From: Lama guanicoe
Taxonomy: Eukaryota
Assembly: GCA_013239625.1 (NCBI GenBank)
Contig: MU053810.1
Span: forward strand, 6,668,122-6,732,121
Length of the DNA stretch: 64,000 nucleotides
Reading direction: 5' to 3'
Shown: in pieces, positions 24,431-38,158 of the stretch
Layout of the letters: the number at the start of each line of letters is the position of its first letter
Position numbering within the stretch: position 1 is the stretch's first letter
Translations under genes and position numbers: made by a program
The notes under the pieces: generated by a model
The model's input: only the letters and a program-made list of their open reading frames with translations
Told to the model about the DNA's origin: nothing
Databases searched by the model: none

Positions 24431-27029
24431 CTTGACTGGGGTTCAGGTGAGAAAGAGTGACGGGCAGGAGCAGCGCTCCCTGCCAAGGTGCTCAAGTGAG
24501 GTCATAGGCACTACAATTAAAAACCCCTAACCATTTACAGTTCAGAGGCTTTTGGTTTGATTTTCCATTTTCTGATATGGTTTTCTGTGCGGATGGCAGC
24601 TACTGTTCGAGGCTGAAATCTGTGTCGCCAGAATTGGCCCAGCTGCCTGCAATATGGACTTGGAATGCGGGGCTGCTCCCTCTGTCAGGAAGAAACACAG
24701 CTTATGTTACATTTGGTAACATCCAAGGAAGTTCTGAGACACACTAAATACTCACTGGCCTCTTAGACCTGGGTAGATAGCAGTGCCTAGTTTGAAGCTG
24801 GGTCCATTCACATTCTTGTCTGCACCAACTTTTTGCCTAGTGTTAGCCCTGCCCCACCTCTTGGTCTTGCCATTGGCTGTACTGCTCTGTATCCATATCT
24901 CTGATTTCCATTTTTTTGAAGAAAGAAGGGGTGAGCTACCTGGACATAAATCCTGCCTTTTCACCATTGTGTACTGGAACCCTCCATCAGGACCAACCTC
25001 AGATTGCTCAGACTTTCTTTAAAATTCATGCCAATGTTGCAGCTGCTGGTTTATGTGTTCTGGTCCCAGGCCAAATGGTCCAGAAGCTTGAGTTTCACTA
25101 ATTTCAAGTGGAAATTAGGAACGAACTTCAAGGAAAAAAAATCTTTATTCTAAATATAACCTCCTAATATCAGCTGCCTGCTACACATATTCTTATTCTT
25201 CATAGAGAACCCACTCCCCACTTACACAACGCAGGATTTCAGTGGAGCCGTCTTCGCTCTTCCTGCATTTTACCTGGGTGTTCCTGAACAGCTCCCCTTA
25301 TGGTTTTCTCATGTGCCAGAAAGTAGTTCCCCTACACGCCACCCTTGACTCTGGTTCAACACCTACTTATTATTAGTTTTTTTAAATGCATAAAGTTCAA
25401 AGCTTCTTTCATTTTTTAACTTTTTTAGTTAAAACTTGGAGTTGTCCACTTTCACAAATCAAAAGTTTGAAATAGGTTATGCAGTGAAATATCTTCCACC
25501 ATTAATCGCTGTCTACTCAGGCTTAATCCTCTCTCTCCTCTCCCCAAAGCAGATAACCACTGTTAACACTTTCTTCTTTTATCTTTTCAGGGATATTCTA
25601 AGCAATAAAATAAATATTAAAAATGAATATTTTATGTCTTTTGTTTTGTATAAATGGTGGCACTCTACATTTTTTCAGTAAACATTTGCCAGAGAGCATA
25701 TATATCATGTACTGTCTCCTCATTCTTATATGTCTGAGTCGTACTTCCAATGTATAGATGTAATATAATTTAATAGGTTAAACAGTATAAAATTGTTGAT
25801 AGTTGATAGTTTTAGAACTATGACTATAACAATTTCACATACGTGATCATATATTTAATTTCCTAGTAAAGGATGTTTTACATTTCATAAACAAAGTTTT
25901 ATTAGAAGTCAGCCACAACCATTCACAAAACTTAACTGATTTACATGATTCTGACGCTGAATTTGACCTGAAGAATCATGACAATAAATCCAAGTTCCTC
26001 AGCTTACTGTATGTGAGGAGTATTGTAAGCAGCAGAGGGACAAATTCATCAGCTAAATTATTCAATTTGTGTTCAGAGCTACTAGTCCACAAGATATGAG
26101 AGAAAGAACAATATTTTTCATGACCTTTTGACATTTGCACCATTTGGCCAATTTAGATGACTTTTATAATTTTACAAGCTACAAACAAGTTGTACGTATA
26201 TGTGTTTGTTCATGTAACTTTTATATTTCTGTTCATATATGGAAACTTAATAGTTACATGCATGCATATCATGACCACGTCTACATAACATGACATATAT
26301 GGATAAGAAATTATAAAGTCAGTCAAACAGCCAAATAATTTGTTCAAGCTAATTTCTCAGAAACATCTGAAAGTTTAGCACCAGGATCTATTTTCATGTG
26401 GATATTTTATATAGACCCCACCAGGCTTTATTTTCCAGAAAGAGTTCAAATAACTAAAAGCAAGTTCCTACAACCAAGTTAAATATTTTTTAGTTTTTAT
26501 AACATATGGAAATTTTTTTATAGCTCTAACAAACTAGGCCATGTCCCAAACCCTAGGCTTCTCCCTCTTTATGGTTTAACAAACCAATTCTTTCCTTGTC
26601 ATGATGGAGAGCTAACTGTGGTTCAGGCATAATCTGAATTTTTCAGGCACTGCCAAGATGTGGATGGAAGACCAGTTAGTAGTCAATATTTTAGAAATTC
26701 TGCAGCAAGTCTTCATCCAATTCCTGAATTTCTCTCTCTCTTCAAGTGTATTTTAGACAGTGATTAGTAATCAAACATTTAAATCCGGCAAATGTCTTTT
26801 GAACTCAGAGCAAGGCACACTGCTAGAAACTGGGGCTACCTAGGTGAATAAAAAAATTCCTTGCCCTCAAGGGGCTCTTATTTTAGCAGGTGATTCAGAG
26901 GAGTATGTAACTGACTAAATTGTGAATCAGTGCAGTAACAGACTTAAGCTAATTCCTGCAAGCACAGAGGAAGGGGAAATTCATTCTGATCTGTGGCATT
27001 AAGAAATGCTTCACAGAGGGAATAAACAA

Positions 27030-27155
27030 GCAGACATCCTGGGTCCCTTGGGATAGTCCCAGTTTACGCTGTTTTCCGGGCATAATTATTAGTTATTAGC
27101 ACTACACTTTCACTCTCAAAGGGTTCTTTGGACAATAAATTATATGATCTGCACT
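27030..27155. mobile_element. MER94-like hAT (Blackjack) DNA transposon fossil
   Basis: gtcccagtttacgctgtt...cataattatt...tttcactctcaaa...ttggacaataaattatatg matches the remembered MER94 consensus. Confidence 0.65.
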
Positions 27156-29239
27156 AGTAACAGAACACACGTAAGATGCTGACACAGAGCAGAAGGAGGG
27201 TTAGAAGTTCAGATGGACCAAACAGCAGGACAAAAGGCATGGAGGAATAAATCCCATGGGATGTTAAGGCAAAAACTGTGCTGAAAATCTTTCTCTTGAA
27301 GAGGGCGCCCCTACCCCCTTTTCTATCGCTGTTTGAATGGAAATGGGAGTTTAAGAATTGTCATGAACCTGCTATTTGCATATTTAACTCATTTTTCTCT
27401 CTAGGATTGTCTGTTCTGCAACACAGATTTTTCCTATCTTTATCCCTCACATTTTTCCACTTTCATTTGATTAGATAATTTTATTTCTGGCAAAGTATTC
27501 CATTGACATCACAGAGGAAGAAAGCAAAATTAAAAACCAATTCATACATTCCGTTATCTGCCTTCTGACCAGTTAACACTGAATGAGAACAAACACTGGG
27601 CTCCAAGTTTGCCCTTGCATTTTCCAAGAAACAAATGTTTAAAGAGAAAACATCCAAAATTAAAAAGACATTATTTCTGTTCTCATAACTATTCAAGGGG
27701 GAAAGGATGGAACATGATACAATAATAAAGAAAATCTTAACTAACTTGCATTGCTTTAGAACAATAGATTTACATGATTACTTTATGAGTGATAAAGTCA
27801 ACCTCTGATAGGAATATTGCCCCTAGGTACTTTTTTTTAACAGAAAGGTTCTAAATCTAGAACAAAGCAACAAGACTATCACTCTGTATAAATATATGAA
27901 AAATGATACAGCCAGCAACTGAGCAAGTCCAACCGACACTAAGAAGGCTCTTGCCACATAAGTAGACTTGACCTCCATGACTTGCTAATCCCCAAATGCT
28001 TTTGTCTTAGCTGGTTAGGATCCTTCAAAGACCTGAAACCACAGATTCTACGTATAAGTGTACATATACTGAGAGTGTTTAGCATATGCAGCCCACAGTG
28101 GGGTGAAGAGATGGGGAAGGGCCAGGAACCATCAAAGGAAAGATGATGCAGGCATAGGGAGGATCCAGCTGTCTCCTCTGCCCTTTTGCCACACCTGCTT
28201 CTTTCTGGAGCTGCTTCAGAGCTGCTCCTTCCAGACAGGAATACAAGTCTCTCTCTAGGCAAGCTCTTTGCTCCTTTCCCAGTCCAGTTAAGTAGCAAGT
28301 TTCCCATAGCTTGAACCTAGCATCCAACTTTCCTCATGAGCAGATGATATTGAGATCTACTGACCTTCAGAGAGGACTTTTAAAACTTGACATTATCCAA
28401 AATGTCAACAAACTTAGACGGAACATTTATATTAGACACAGTTATCTAGTTACTCTGGTTTTACTGGCTTCCTAAGAATATAATATAACAATAAATCCAT
28501 TTCATGAAATAACCAATTTTTTCCCCCTCTCCTCCCGGGACCCTCACTTTCCCTGATCTCGACTCTAACGCTAATCTTCTAACTTATCTAGCTGCCTCTA
28601 GTCTCTTCCCACTTCAGCCCATTTCTGGGTTGTTCCCCAAATGATCTTTCTAATATGGGACTTGACAATGCCCCTATTTAAAGCATTTCTGATAGCTCTC
28701 AGAACTAAAGGATAAAACGGTAGTTAACCTGCATGCAAGGCTGTGCACAGTTACCTTTCTCACCTTACCTCTTCCCTTTCGTACCTGACGGCTCTGCAGA
28801 ATTTCAGCCTGGTGAACGTGCCTGACTCTGAGATCCCGAGACCGAGTCACACCCTCCTGTGTAATACCATAGCAGTGACTGGATGCTCCTAGGGGCCCGA
28901 GTATTACTGGAGCTCTTGTTCATCTGAAGATCATCATCACTGCTTAGCAGACTGCCTGGTATGTTGGCTGAGTAGATTTTAAAAGGTGGCTGAATTAGTT
29001 CCCATTTGACTAGCGCGTTCTTAAATCAAAACCACTAGTCCTAACAGGTTTTATTGGCTCCAAATGATTACCTGTGTGTTTGAGGCCACTTTTGGCTAAT
29101 CACACATTCCTAGCGATAGGCAACATGAGGATGTGTGTGCATAAGTGTGTGCATAAGTGTACCAAAGCCAAAGATACATGGGATTGTGCCTAAAGTTGGT
29201 TACTTGAAATAAATCCAACTTTTGACAGATGAACACACA

Positions 29240-32209
29240 AATCACTTTCATATAAATATATTTTATTGCAGAGAAGTTATAAGTATTTACATGCTGCAAC
29301 ACGTCACAACATAAATTTACCAAATATTTTATGGTGGGATGCTGTAGGTTTCAGATAATAGTTTCAGAAGAACCACAGATTACGTGAGGAGACTGATAGC
29401 TTTATTGACTCTACAACTCTCGGTCGCTAAGTGCTAGAAGTCAAAAGGCAGTGTTTGTTCAGTCCTACCTGTCATCACTCGCATGCAGAAACCTAGGAAG
29501 CAAACACAAGAGAACTGTCGAGTTTCAAATCCATGTTGCCACCAAAGTTTACAATGGGTTGGGTTATAATTCATGTCGTAAAGCATTTAATTCTTGCATA
29601 AAATATACAGTTCTATTAAGATTGGTATAAATCTACTTATTTATAAACCCTGGCTTAAAAACGAGGACAGGATACAGCCGCACATGCAGTGAGAAGGACA
29701 ACCTAGCAAATGTTTGTGAACTAACGTGTTTCTTCACTTTCTTATGGTTATCAATCTGGGAAAATAACCTCAAGGACTGTAGATTTACACTTGTCTTGGT
29801 GATAAGTGATGGCAATGAACTCCAGGAAAGACCCTAGGTGCTTTCACTGATTTATGCTGGTGGAGGAAACTCTAGGGACTGGACTTAGGCATAATCTGGC
29901 AAGCCTTCTTTAGGCCTCGTCTCAAACAGGGTCATCCTAAAGTGCAATACAAACTCATCGATGCCTGACTGCTTATTTCTCAAAAAGTCAATAAAGTGCT
30001 AACAGATCTCGGACAGAAATGAAACAAGTAGGTGGGTCTGGACACTCCAAACCAAATTCACAACTCCATGCCTGAAAGTTGTGTTCCAAGGTCACCAAGT
30101 AGATAGGATTTGATTGAAAAGGAAGGGGAGAGGAAATAAGTGAAGAAAACACAAACAAATAGGAGGTCTGTATCTCTCCAAACCTGCCCCACCATCCTGA
30201 GTAACGCACGAAGCAAGCAAACGGGTGAGGAAGATTTACGCACAGCTTTGCAAAATGGTGCAATGCGTGTTTACTCCTGATTCCAAATCATCGAGAAAAT
30301 TCTGATGACGATTAAGGAGAATTTCTGGTTTTTATCTTCCACTGAGAGTAATATTCCCTAAGAACAGCCCTGTATCCACCTTCTGATCCCTCTTCTCATT
30401 TTTTTCTCCTCCCAGCACGTTCTCCTTGCTGCTCAAGAAACGAAAAACAGTGCCTTAGGCTGGGGATGCCCTGGCCAAACAAGCTGTTGATACTTCAGTG
30501 TTTAACATGAGAGAAAGGGAAGTCTGCGCTCTATTTTTAAGAGATTCATCTTAAAATAAAATGAGACTCAGCTTTGGAATGGAATCTCTTTGCATGCTCC
30601 CATCAGTAGGGGTGAATCAGCAGCTTAGGATTCCCGTGCCAGTGATCAGTGTGGAATACAATATATTTTTTAAAATACATTTTGGGGGGCTGTTTCACTT
30701 TGCAAATAAACCATACATTTGACATTGTGAGCTAGGTGGCTCACAAAGGCCATCTGCAGGGCTTGTAAGTTTTCTGGTGCTTGGAAAAATGGACCATGTT
30801 ATAGGCTTTGAGTAAATCAGGTTATAAACCTCTTTGGGATTCGAGCCCAGCAGGTTCTACCCCTGCCTGAAGCAAAGAATAAGAGTTTATGAGAATAAGT
30901 AGTTTAAGGTAATTTAAAATAGTATATATTCAGTATGCATAATAAAAATATATCCATACAGTGATCTTGATGCTATAATAATAATTTTTCTCTTTAAAAA
31001 TATAATCCCCTTGAAAGTGCTATCAGGAGCTTCCTTTCTGTTTTTGTTTTAAAGGCAAATTACCTGGCTCTGCAGTACTGTAATTCTCGTGTTATTCCTA
31101 GAGTCTTCCCTTTCCAAAGGTAATAATAATGCACAGTATATTTTTCTCACTCTTTCAGCTTCTTCCTTTCTTCTGAAATGCTGCTAAGTATGAAATACTG
31201 AAAGAATTAAAAGGGACAATTAATTGGAATGAAGGCGTTATCGACCTCTGACTCTGAACAAACAATAGATAAGTTGTCCTTAACTTATTGAGACATATGA
31301 CTAAGTAGGACCACTTGATCTCCAGTCCTAATAAAGCCTCTGAGTCCTAACAGGAAGTGCAAAACAGGAAACTCAACTTGTATGAAAAAACCTTGATTGA
31401 GACAGTGTAACAAACCATGATGGGAAATAATAGAGTCAAATTTAAAGTCACAATATATCAACCACAGCCCAAACTGAAAGGTTTTATCATAACAGTGATG
31501 GCTTCCTGAGCCAGAGAAAGCTTACTGTACTTCAAGGATCAACTACAGTCGACAGACAGCAGGTATTCTGTAAGTTGCAATAACAATTGAGTAGCTGCAG
31601 ATTGCATAAATGTGTTGTGTCACATAATATCAAAGTTATTTGCAAAAATTATACAATCTGGAATGCTTGAATATGAGACACAACAAGGTACTGAAACATA
31701 CATTTATAAGAAAATGAGAGCAATCATTAATATAAAAGATATTTTTGGATGCATTAAGTTAGCAGTGCTATCAAGGTTAAATAGGTAAATAAGTTCTTTT
31801 TAGTCGACTACTTAGAATTTCGGTCATATACGTTGATATATTCTTCTTTGCAAAATCTTAGACCTCTTCTGTGTCTTCTGGTTTGCCTTGCTTGGGATCT
31901 TCAGAGTCCCAAGAGTAAGTATTGATCAGGGGCAGACATTGAAGGGGTACTTCCCTAAAACATGCTGAAGGGTAAAGATTTTCCTAGGATGGCCTGGGGA
32001 AAGGCTTCCTTGGCCAGTCTCACTTCTCCATTCTGACATCGCTCTGGCCTGAGGTCTTCCTCCACCCCTGCCTTTCCATTTCCCTCAACTGATCAATACT
32101 CCTTGGGAATTTCTGATCCTCATAACTTCTGTCTTAACACTGAATCCAACACTTCTTCCTTCTCCTTTTCTTTCTGGGCATGCTACACTTTAAAAGTATC
32201 CCAGATCTC
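29240..32209 (-). other. GPR158: GPR158 3' UTR (~3 kb)
   Basis: Repeat-poor AT-rich sequence after the stop codon, ending at a complete poly(A) signal context. The end point is inferred. Confidence 0.6.
29262..29267 (-). terminator. Candidate GPR158 polyadenylation signal AATAAA
   Basis: AATAAA on the minus strand, with TGTA ~20 nt upstream and a GT-rich element (gtgatttgtgtgtt) downstream. Confidence 0.55.
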
Positions 32210-33679
32210 TTATTTCCGGGGCCCCACTATCTTATTTGCACTTAAAGCAGAAGAGGCCGGGAAAGCTACACTTCTTTCAGCATTTGGTTGATCTGGGGTC
32301 TCAAACTCCCAAGGGCACACCTCAGCTCGCGACATTAAATGTTGCTGAAAGTTATTACTTGGGTTATAGGAGTCAGGCACGTTTCGCTCAGAGGGAGATG
32401 TCTTTCTCTCCTGGTCTCCTATTTGGCTGAGACTTTCATTCTTCACTTTGGATGCTACAACTTTGGGAGAAAGCTCTTCAGACCACCCAGCACACACATT
32501 GGCTGCATGATGCTGGCCCCCCTTCTCATCTTTAGCTCTTCCTGGGGGAACCTGAGTCTTGGGAATCAAATACTTCTCATCTTCATAAAGGGACTGACCT
32601 TGGCTCTCCCAAGGGCACACCTCAGCCTTGTCTAGGCTCTTCTGATTGGATGGCTGACACAGTTCAGCTGCCTTAGGCTTGGGATGAGATTTCTCCTTTA
32701 AGGAAAAAGTTGGGTTTTTCTCCATTTCAGAAGCTGCAATAGATACGTGCTTTTGAACTTTTGAATCTGAAGGCACAGGACCAGGGGTCAGGTCGTAAAT
32801 CTCCCAAGGGCACACCTCCCCTATGTCAAAGTCGTCCTTCCTCTGGGTGGTGCCTGGGCTCAGCTCAGAATTGGCAGTGGAGGGGTTGGCCCTTTGTTGC
32901 TTCATAATCCCAGATTTCTGGGGTCTTCTCGGCTCCTCTGAATGACTGGAGTTGGTGGGGGCAGGATCTTTAGTCTCTGCATTATCTGAATTTGAGTATT
33001 TTCTGTTTGTCTCTTTTTCTCTTGGCTTCTGGGACTTAGCCCGTTCCTCCACGCCTGATGTTTGGGTTTTCCCAGCTAATCCGAGAGTCTTCTCCTTGGC
33101 ACTTGCTATGACGCTGAGGGACTTCTGTAGCATGGATGTTCGTGGGTGCCCCGGCTTCTTTTCCGAGCTGAGGTTGTGGGCACTGGCCGACTTACACACC
33201 AAAGGCACAGACTCTGTGGACACAGCCTCGCTGTTTTCTTTCAGTGTCTGTGTTGGTTTTTTCCCCGGCAGAGACTCCAGCGTGGAGTTTTCTGTCACCT
33301 CCTCTTCTTGGCTCTCGGTTGGCAAGCTCGTGGACACCTCCGGCTGCTCCCGCACGTGGTCATATGTGCTGTGGGATTTCTTTAGGGAGAAGACTCGGTT
33401 TTTCAGGGACTCCTCCTTGGGCTTCCCAGTGTTACCCGAAGACTCCTGTGGGTTCTTCCTGCCCAGGGCCGTGCTCTTGGCCATGCTGTGGTCCACGGCA
33501 TCCTTGTCCTCTTTGGAACACTGCCTGCTGACCGTCTCCGGGATCTCAGTGATGCGCCTCATGATTGAACGGCCTAAGCCCTTCTTGGAGCACCGCTTTT
33601 TCTGGAGGTGGGGGTTATTTGTGATCATCTTCTTCCTTTTATAGATTTCCAACTGCGCATAGAGTTTCTTCAGCTCGTC
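32210..33679 (-). CDS. GPR158: GPR158 last coding exon (exon 11 by human numbering), cytoplasmic tail
   Basis: Acceptor ggcag|GAC. Reads DELKKLYAQLEIYKRKKMITNNPHLQKKR. Three EVCPWE motifs (~32801-32818, ~32606-32623, ~32306-32323). Open to TAA at 32210-32212. Confidence 0.97.
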   Translation of the reverse strand, partial: DELKKLYAQLEIYKRKKMITNNPHLQKKRCSKKGLGRSIMRRITEIPETVSRQCSKEDKDAVDHSMAKSTALGRKNPQESSGNTGKPKEESLKNRVFSLKKSHSTYDHVREQPEVSTSLPTESQEEEVTENSTLESLPGKKPTQTLKENSEAVSTESVPLVCKSASAHNLSSEKKPGHPRTSMLQKSLSVIASAKEKTLGLAGKTQTSGVEERAKSQKPREKETNRKYSNSDNAETKDPAPTNSSHSEEPRRPQKSGIMKQQRANPSTANSELSPGTTQRKDDFDIGEVCPWEIYDLTPGPVPSDSKVQKHVSIAASEMEKNPTFSLKEKSHPKPKAAELCQPSNQKSLDKAEVCPWESQGQSLYEDEKYLIPKTQVPPGRAKDEKGGQHHAANVCAGWSEELSPKVVASKVKNESLSQIGDQERKTSPSERNVPDSYNPSNNFQQHLMSRAEVCPWEFETPDQPNAERSVAFPASSALSANKIVGPRK

Positions 33680-34486
33680 CTGCCGGAAACAAGAGTAAAT
33701 TCAGAGAGGTGTGGAATTTAGCATTTCACCTGGATTATATCACTGAATGTCATGTGAAGTCAATACACTGAGCTCTTTAGGGAACTGCCCTCTACAGTTC
33801 TTCCTGACATCTCTGCCCATCAACTTCTCTCTCACTCTGATGTTCTGATTCCCCTGTATCTTGTTTCATACATAGTTTGAACTTTAAGTCACGAACCCAT
33901 ACATTCTACACTTGCTCCATGGAACAAGCACTTAGAACTTGTGAGTTGTGTGGACCAGGCTGAGGCTGGACCGTAACAAGGCACAGCCTGTTGTCTCCTG
34001 ATGGACCAGACCCCTGGACAATATCGGAAGCATCATGTAGCCATTGACAGAATTACACCTAATGTTAGATTAGGGTTAGGGTATGACAGACCATCAAATT
34101 CTAAAAGCATCTTCTCCCTCCAAATGCTGACAGAGCGTCACAGATTATTTTAAAGAATCCCCACTCTCTTCTCACAGATCTATCTTACCCTCCCAGCAGC
34201 AAGATGTCATAAACTGTATTATGGGGCTTGTACCACCATTATGGCTGCCAGTAAGTCAGCTGAGACTATCAAGACTGCCTTGTGCATTCTAACCTATACT
34301 CTGATTGTATGTTTTAGAATTGTCTTAAGTCTGCATTTGATGCCTTCATTTCTGACACCAACCCACATTCTCTGTCTCTCACACAAAGAAGCACACACGT
34401 GGGCACTCACAGACACCAATCCACACATGCGTGCCTGTGTGGTTGGGCTTAACCGGAAATGGAGAAGAAAAAAAGACTGCTATTAC

Positions 34487-34633
34487 CCGAATGTCTTCTG
34501 GATCCAGGCTGTGCTCACTCCAGGCTGAATTGATACTGCTGTTCAGGTAGGACCCAGACCGGCCCATGTCCAGCTCGTCCTCATACGCTTCTGTAGCAAT
34601 GTCATCACGCGGGTTATTGCTTGAATGTGAAAA
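34487..34633 (-). CDS. GPR158: GPR158 exon 10 (147 bp)
   Basis: ttgcag|TTT...CGG|gtaata; FSHSSNNPRDDIATEAYEDELDMGRSGSYLNSSINSAWSEHSLDPEDIR; phase 0/0. Confidence 0.97.
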
Positions 34634-34850
34634 CTGCAACAGATGTGCAATATGAGCCATGGATATTAGCCCACTGTAAGACATGGCATAATAATTTTCT
34701 AAAGATTCTAATGTTACATCATGTCTGTAGCTTGGACGAATTCATTCACTGAACCCTTTACAAAAGAGTTGCTGCTCTATTTGTGATTTTCTTTCCATGT
34801 CACATGCTAGAGCGCTTAGTGAGGCAGTATTAGCACTTCGTTCCCTCTTT

Positions 34851-34990
34851 TAAAATTTTTTTTAAACTTGTTTTTTGGAGGGGGAGGTCATTGGTTTTAC
34901 TTGTTTATTTTTAGAGAAGCTACTGGGGATTGAACCCAGGACCTTGTGTACGCTAAGCATGTGCTCTACCGCTTGAGCTACACCCTCCCC
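34851..34990 (-). mobile_element. tRNA-Ala-derived SINE (camelid Vic-1-type) with 17-bp TSD
   Basis: Minus strand reads ggggagggtgtagctcaagcggtagagcacatgcttagcgt...gggttcaatcccca (A and B boxes) plus an A-rich tail. TSD cactt(c/g)gttccctcttt at 34834-34850 and 34991-35007. Confidence 0.9.
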
Positions 34991-36394
34991 CACTTGGTTC
35001 CCTCTTTGACTCCGTTTTTCATCCTCATCTTTCTTCCCAGGCTCCCAGTGTCCACTTGTATCACTCCTCTTTAATGATATTTTGCAATTCCGAAAACGAA
35101 AAAAAGCAGAAGAATCCAAAGAAATGTGCTTGAGAGTGCTCTTAGTAAACTGGACTCTAAGAGCAGCAATCTAGACCCCTTGGCAGCTGAATGGGAATGT
35201 GTTTTTGAGCAGTGGGGTCTACCTGGTGTTTCTCATTTCACCTCACACGGAGGAGGCTGTATTTCATCATCTATGGGCAAAACTGGCCCTGATCACAGGA
35301 ATGTGACTTCCAGTCTACCATACAGAGCTTCTTCAAAAATACTACTTTCAAAACTCAGCGGACAGATTTGAATTCCAGTCTCAGCTGTATGGTCAACGAG
35401 ATCTTAACCAGGTCCTAGAACCTCTCCGGAGCACAGTCACCTCTCCACCTGAAGAGCTTGGGCTGGGTGGTATTTAAGTCTAAAATTCAAAGAGTCACTG
35501 AAATTACAGATCTTTCCCCCCTAATTATTCTCAAGCTCCTCCTGCATCATATTTTGATATATTTTAATTATCTTCATGTCATCTTTTGATATTTTTTTCA
35601 GGGTCTCTCACTATCTCTACTCTTCTTCCAGGGAGAAGGGAAGGATGTGAATTGGTAAGTGATGGGAAGCACGGAAAATCAAAAGCATCCTTTGCATGAC
35701 ATAGAAACCAAGTGACTGTCCTGTGAAAATGAAGAGAACGGCTTAGAGAACATGGATTCTCTTCTCCTAGCTTGTCACCAAGGTGAAATATTCCTTAAAA
35801 AGAAAAAAAAAAGAACAGATTGCCCTTTGATACAAAGACACAGAAATATTTTAATGTCAACTGTTAAAATGTCCAGCTAGGCAGGTGAACATAAACAGGA
35901 GAGAACATGTGAAGTGGCAGTTCTCTACTTAAGTAAAAACAGTTTGTAGTTGGGACTGGCTGAGAAACCACAGACCCTGATGAACTTGCCCTTCATTCTT
36001 CTACTTACATCTCGGGGAGCCGCATGTGCAGTAAAGTTGAGGCCATTGAGATGGATAAAAAAGAGTCCTGGTCCTCCAAAATCTCCTGTGCTACTAGTTA
36101 AACTGGCTGTGGTTATTTATAAAATGGAATTCTTTTTCTTGAGCAAAGTCTTAGCGACGACCATGAGTTTAAGAAATGGTTATTTGTCAGATGTTGTCTA
36201 TTTCCTGCTTTATTATTTTTCCTTAATGCTTATCTCTATCTAAAATACTACTTTAAATATTTATTTTGTGAATCTGTCTTACTTCCTCCTCTCTTCTTCC
36301 AGAATATAAGTACCACGAGAGCACAGATCTACGTCTGCTTATTACTCTTATTCCAGGATATGGAACAGTGGTCAGCAAAGCTCCTAAATGTTTT

Positions 36395-36910
36395 CAATTA
36401 TTTATTTACCGAGAAATAATTCACATACCATAAAATCCCCCGATTTAAACCATACAAATCAGTGTTTGTTAGTACACTCGCAAGCCTGCACAGTCATCAC
36501 CACTATCTAATTCCAGAATATTTTTGTTATTCCAGAGAGAAAGCCTGAACCTGTAGAACTGTCACTCCCCTTCCCCCTGCTCCTTCCCCAGCCCACGGCA
36601 CCCACTGACCCACTTTCTGTCTCCTTAGAGCTGTCTATTCAGGACATTTCATATAAATAAAATATAATGTGTGGCCTTTCTTATCCGGCTTCCTTCACTT
36701 GGCTAGTGTTCCCAAGGTCTGTACGAGGTGCAGCATGTATCAGTGCTTCACCCCTTTTACTGATGACTAACAGTTCATTTTGTGAGTCTATCGCACTGCG
36801 TTTATCCGCTGATGGACATTTGGGTTGTTTCCACTATTTGGCTGTTATAGATAATGCTGCTGTGAACATTCGTGTACAACTTCCTGTATGTTTTCAGTTC
36901 TCTTTGGAGC
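36395..36910 (-). mobile_element. Old L1 3' end fragment
   Basis: aattcacataccataaaat...gacatttcatataaat...gatggacatttgggttgtttccac. Confidence 0.8.
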
Positions 36911-37436
36911 TCAATAGCAACGTATTGAATGAATAAACAGTCAGAATGTACACCCATCTAATGAAAGTGTAATCATATTATGCAAAGTATAAAAATGATT
37001 GCGATAAATTGCAGGAACAGACTAATCCATGGAAATTATGGCTATTTGGTGTAATTCAAATAAGGAAGAAATACGAATTTTGCTGTTTACGATTGTTTGG
37101 CCATTTCAATCAGGCTGAATTTCAGTGTTTTGGTTAATTGTGAGAGTTGAGGTAAAGAAAGCAAAGCCTAGAGGGAAAGAAAGAAATCGCAATTCTGGTT
37201 TCATCCGTGCTAATGTTACAGTGCACAGCGCTGATAAAGATATATGATGCTCTAATGTTTTGTTTTCCTACATGTAAAACAGGAAAACTGATAGTTTGTA
37301 TAGTATGATTTTTCCCAAAACTCTGATTTTTTAATTTTATTTCAAGCGGCCTCACTGTTATCATGTCATAGATGAGGAAACTGAAACCCAGAAAGATGGA
37401 AAGTCTTGGCTGAAGTTATACTATACAGCTATATAT

Positions 37437-37440
<4 letters not shown>

Positions 37441-37468
<28 letters not shown>
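37441..37468. repeat. (TG)14 microsatellite within a MIR
   Basis: Perfect TG run. Confidence 0.9.
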
Positions 37469-37471
<3 letters not shown>

Positions 37472-38052
37472 CATACAGTTAATTTGGGATGGAGTATGAG
37501 TTCAGAATCCTTCTATTCTGGGTCCTGCCCCATTTCCCTCCACTTCATAATGCTGCCTAGATAAGCCTTTGCCAGAATCTATCATTGTTAAGAAAGACTC
37601 CCTTTACACAATATTAAAATTATTTCTGTTTATATAAAATTTCTCTGAGTGTTTAAAACACAATACTTCCCTGAATATGAATCCAGAGAAGAGGTTTCTT
37701 AGAATAGGATAATTCTCCTTAAAAATGATCTTGATGTTATAGCTATGATAAAAGCCACTGTGAACCTCTAATAATTAAAACATAAGTAGATATCAAAACA
37801 TTTGGGAAAAGAGTAAGACAGATGATGGATTTTGTACAAATTAAGGCAATTAAAATTATGTGAGATGTTTAATAAATTCCCAAAAGAAAAGAGAAGCTTA
37901 GTTTCCTGAAGAGGAAGTTTTAAAAACACTGTCAAGCAAATCTCTCCACCTTCCCTTGCCTATGTTGCCAGATAGTTTTAAAAAAAGAAACAATTCCATG
38001 CTCATTTAAAAGACAACTGCCTTGCAAGAGAAAAGTAATGTTGGAGGAATAC

Positions 38053-38158
38053 CTTTGGAATCAAAAGCAACCCAATGGTGACTGTCACAGTCAAATGAGT
38101 ATGTGCAAAATACAGCATCAACATCCAATCAGACTGAAGTCTTGAGGCAAGAACAAAT
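38053..38158 (-). CDS. GPR158: GPR158 exon 9 (106 bp; TM7 region)
   Basis: tttcag|A TTT GTT...CCA AAG|gtattc; FVLASRLQSDWMLMLYFAHTHLTVTVTIGLLLIPK; phase 2/0. Confidence 0.97.

Noticed and set aside
32952..33644. 230-aa plus-strand ORF
   Set aside because: Antisense shadow of GPR158 exon 11.
34915..34990. tRNA-Ala gene
   Set aside because: Has a SINE tail and TSD and a degenerate cloverleaf; a second copy sits at 62796-62885.
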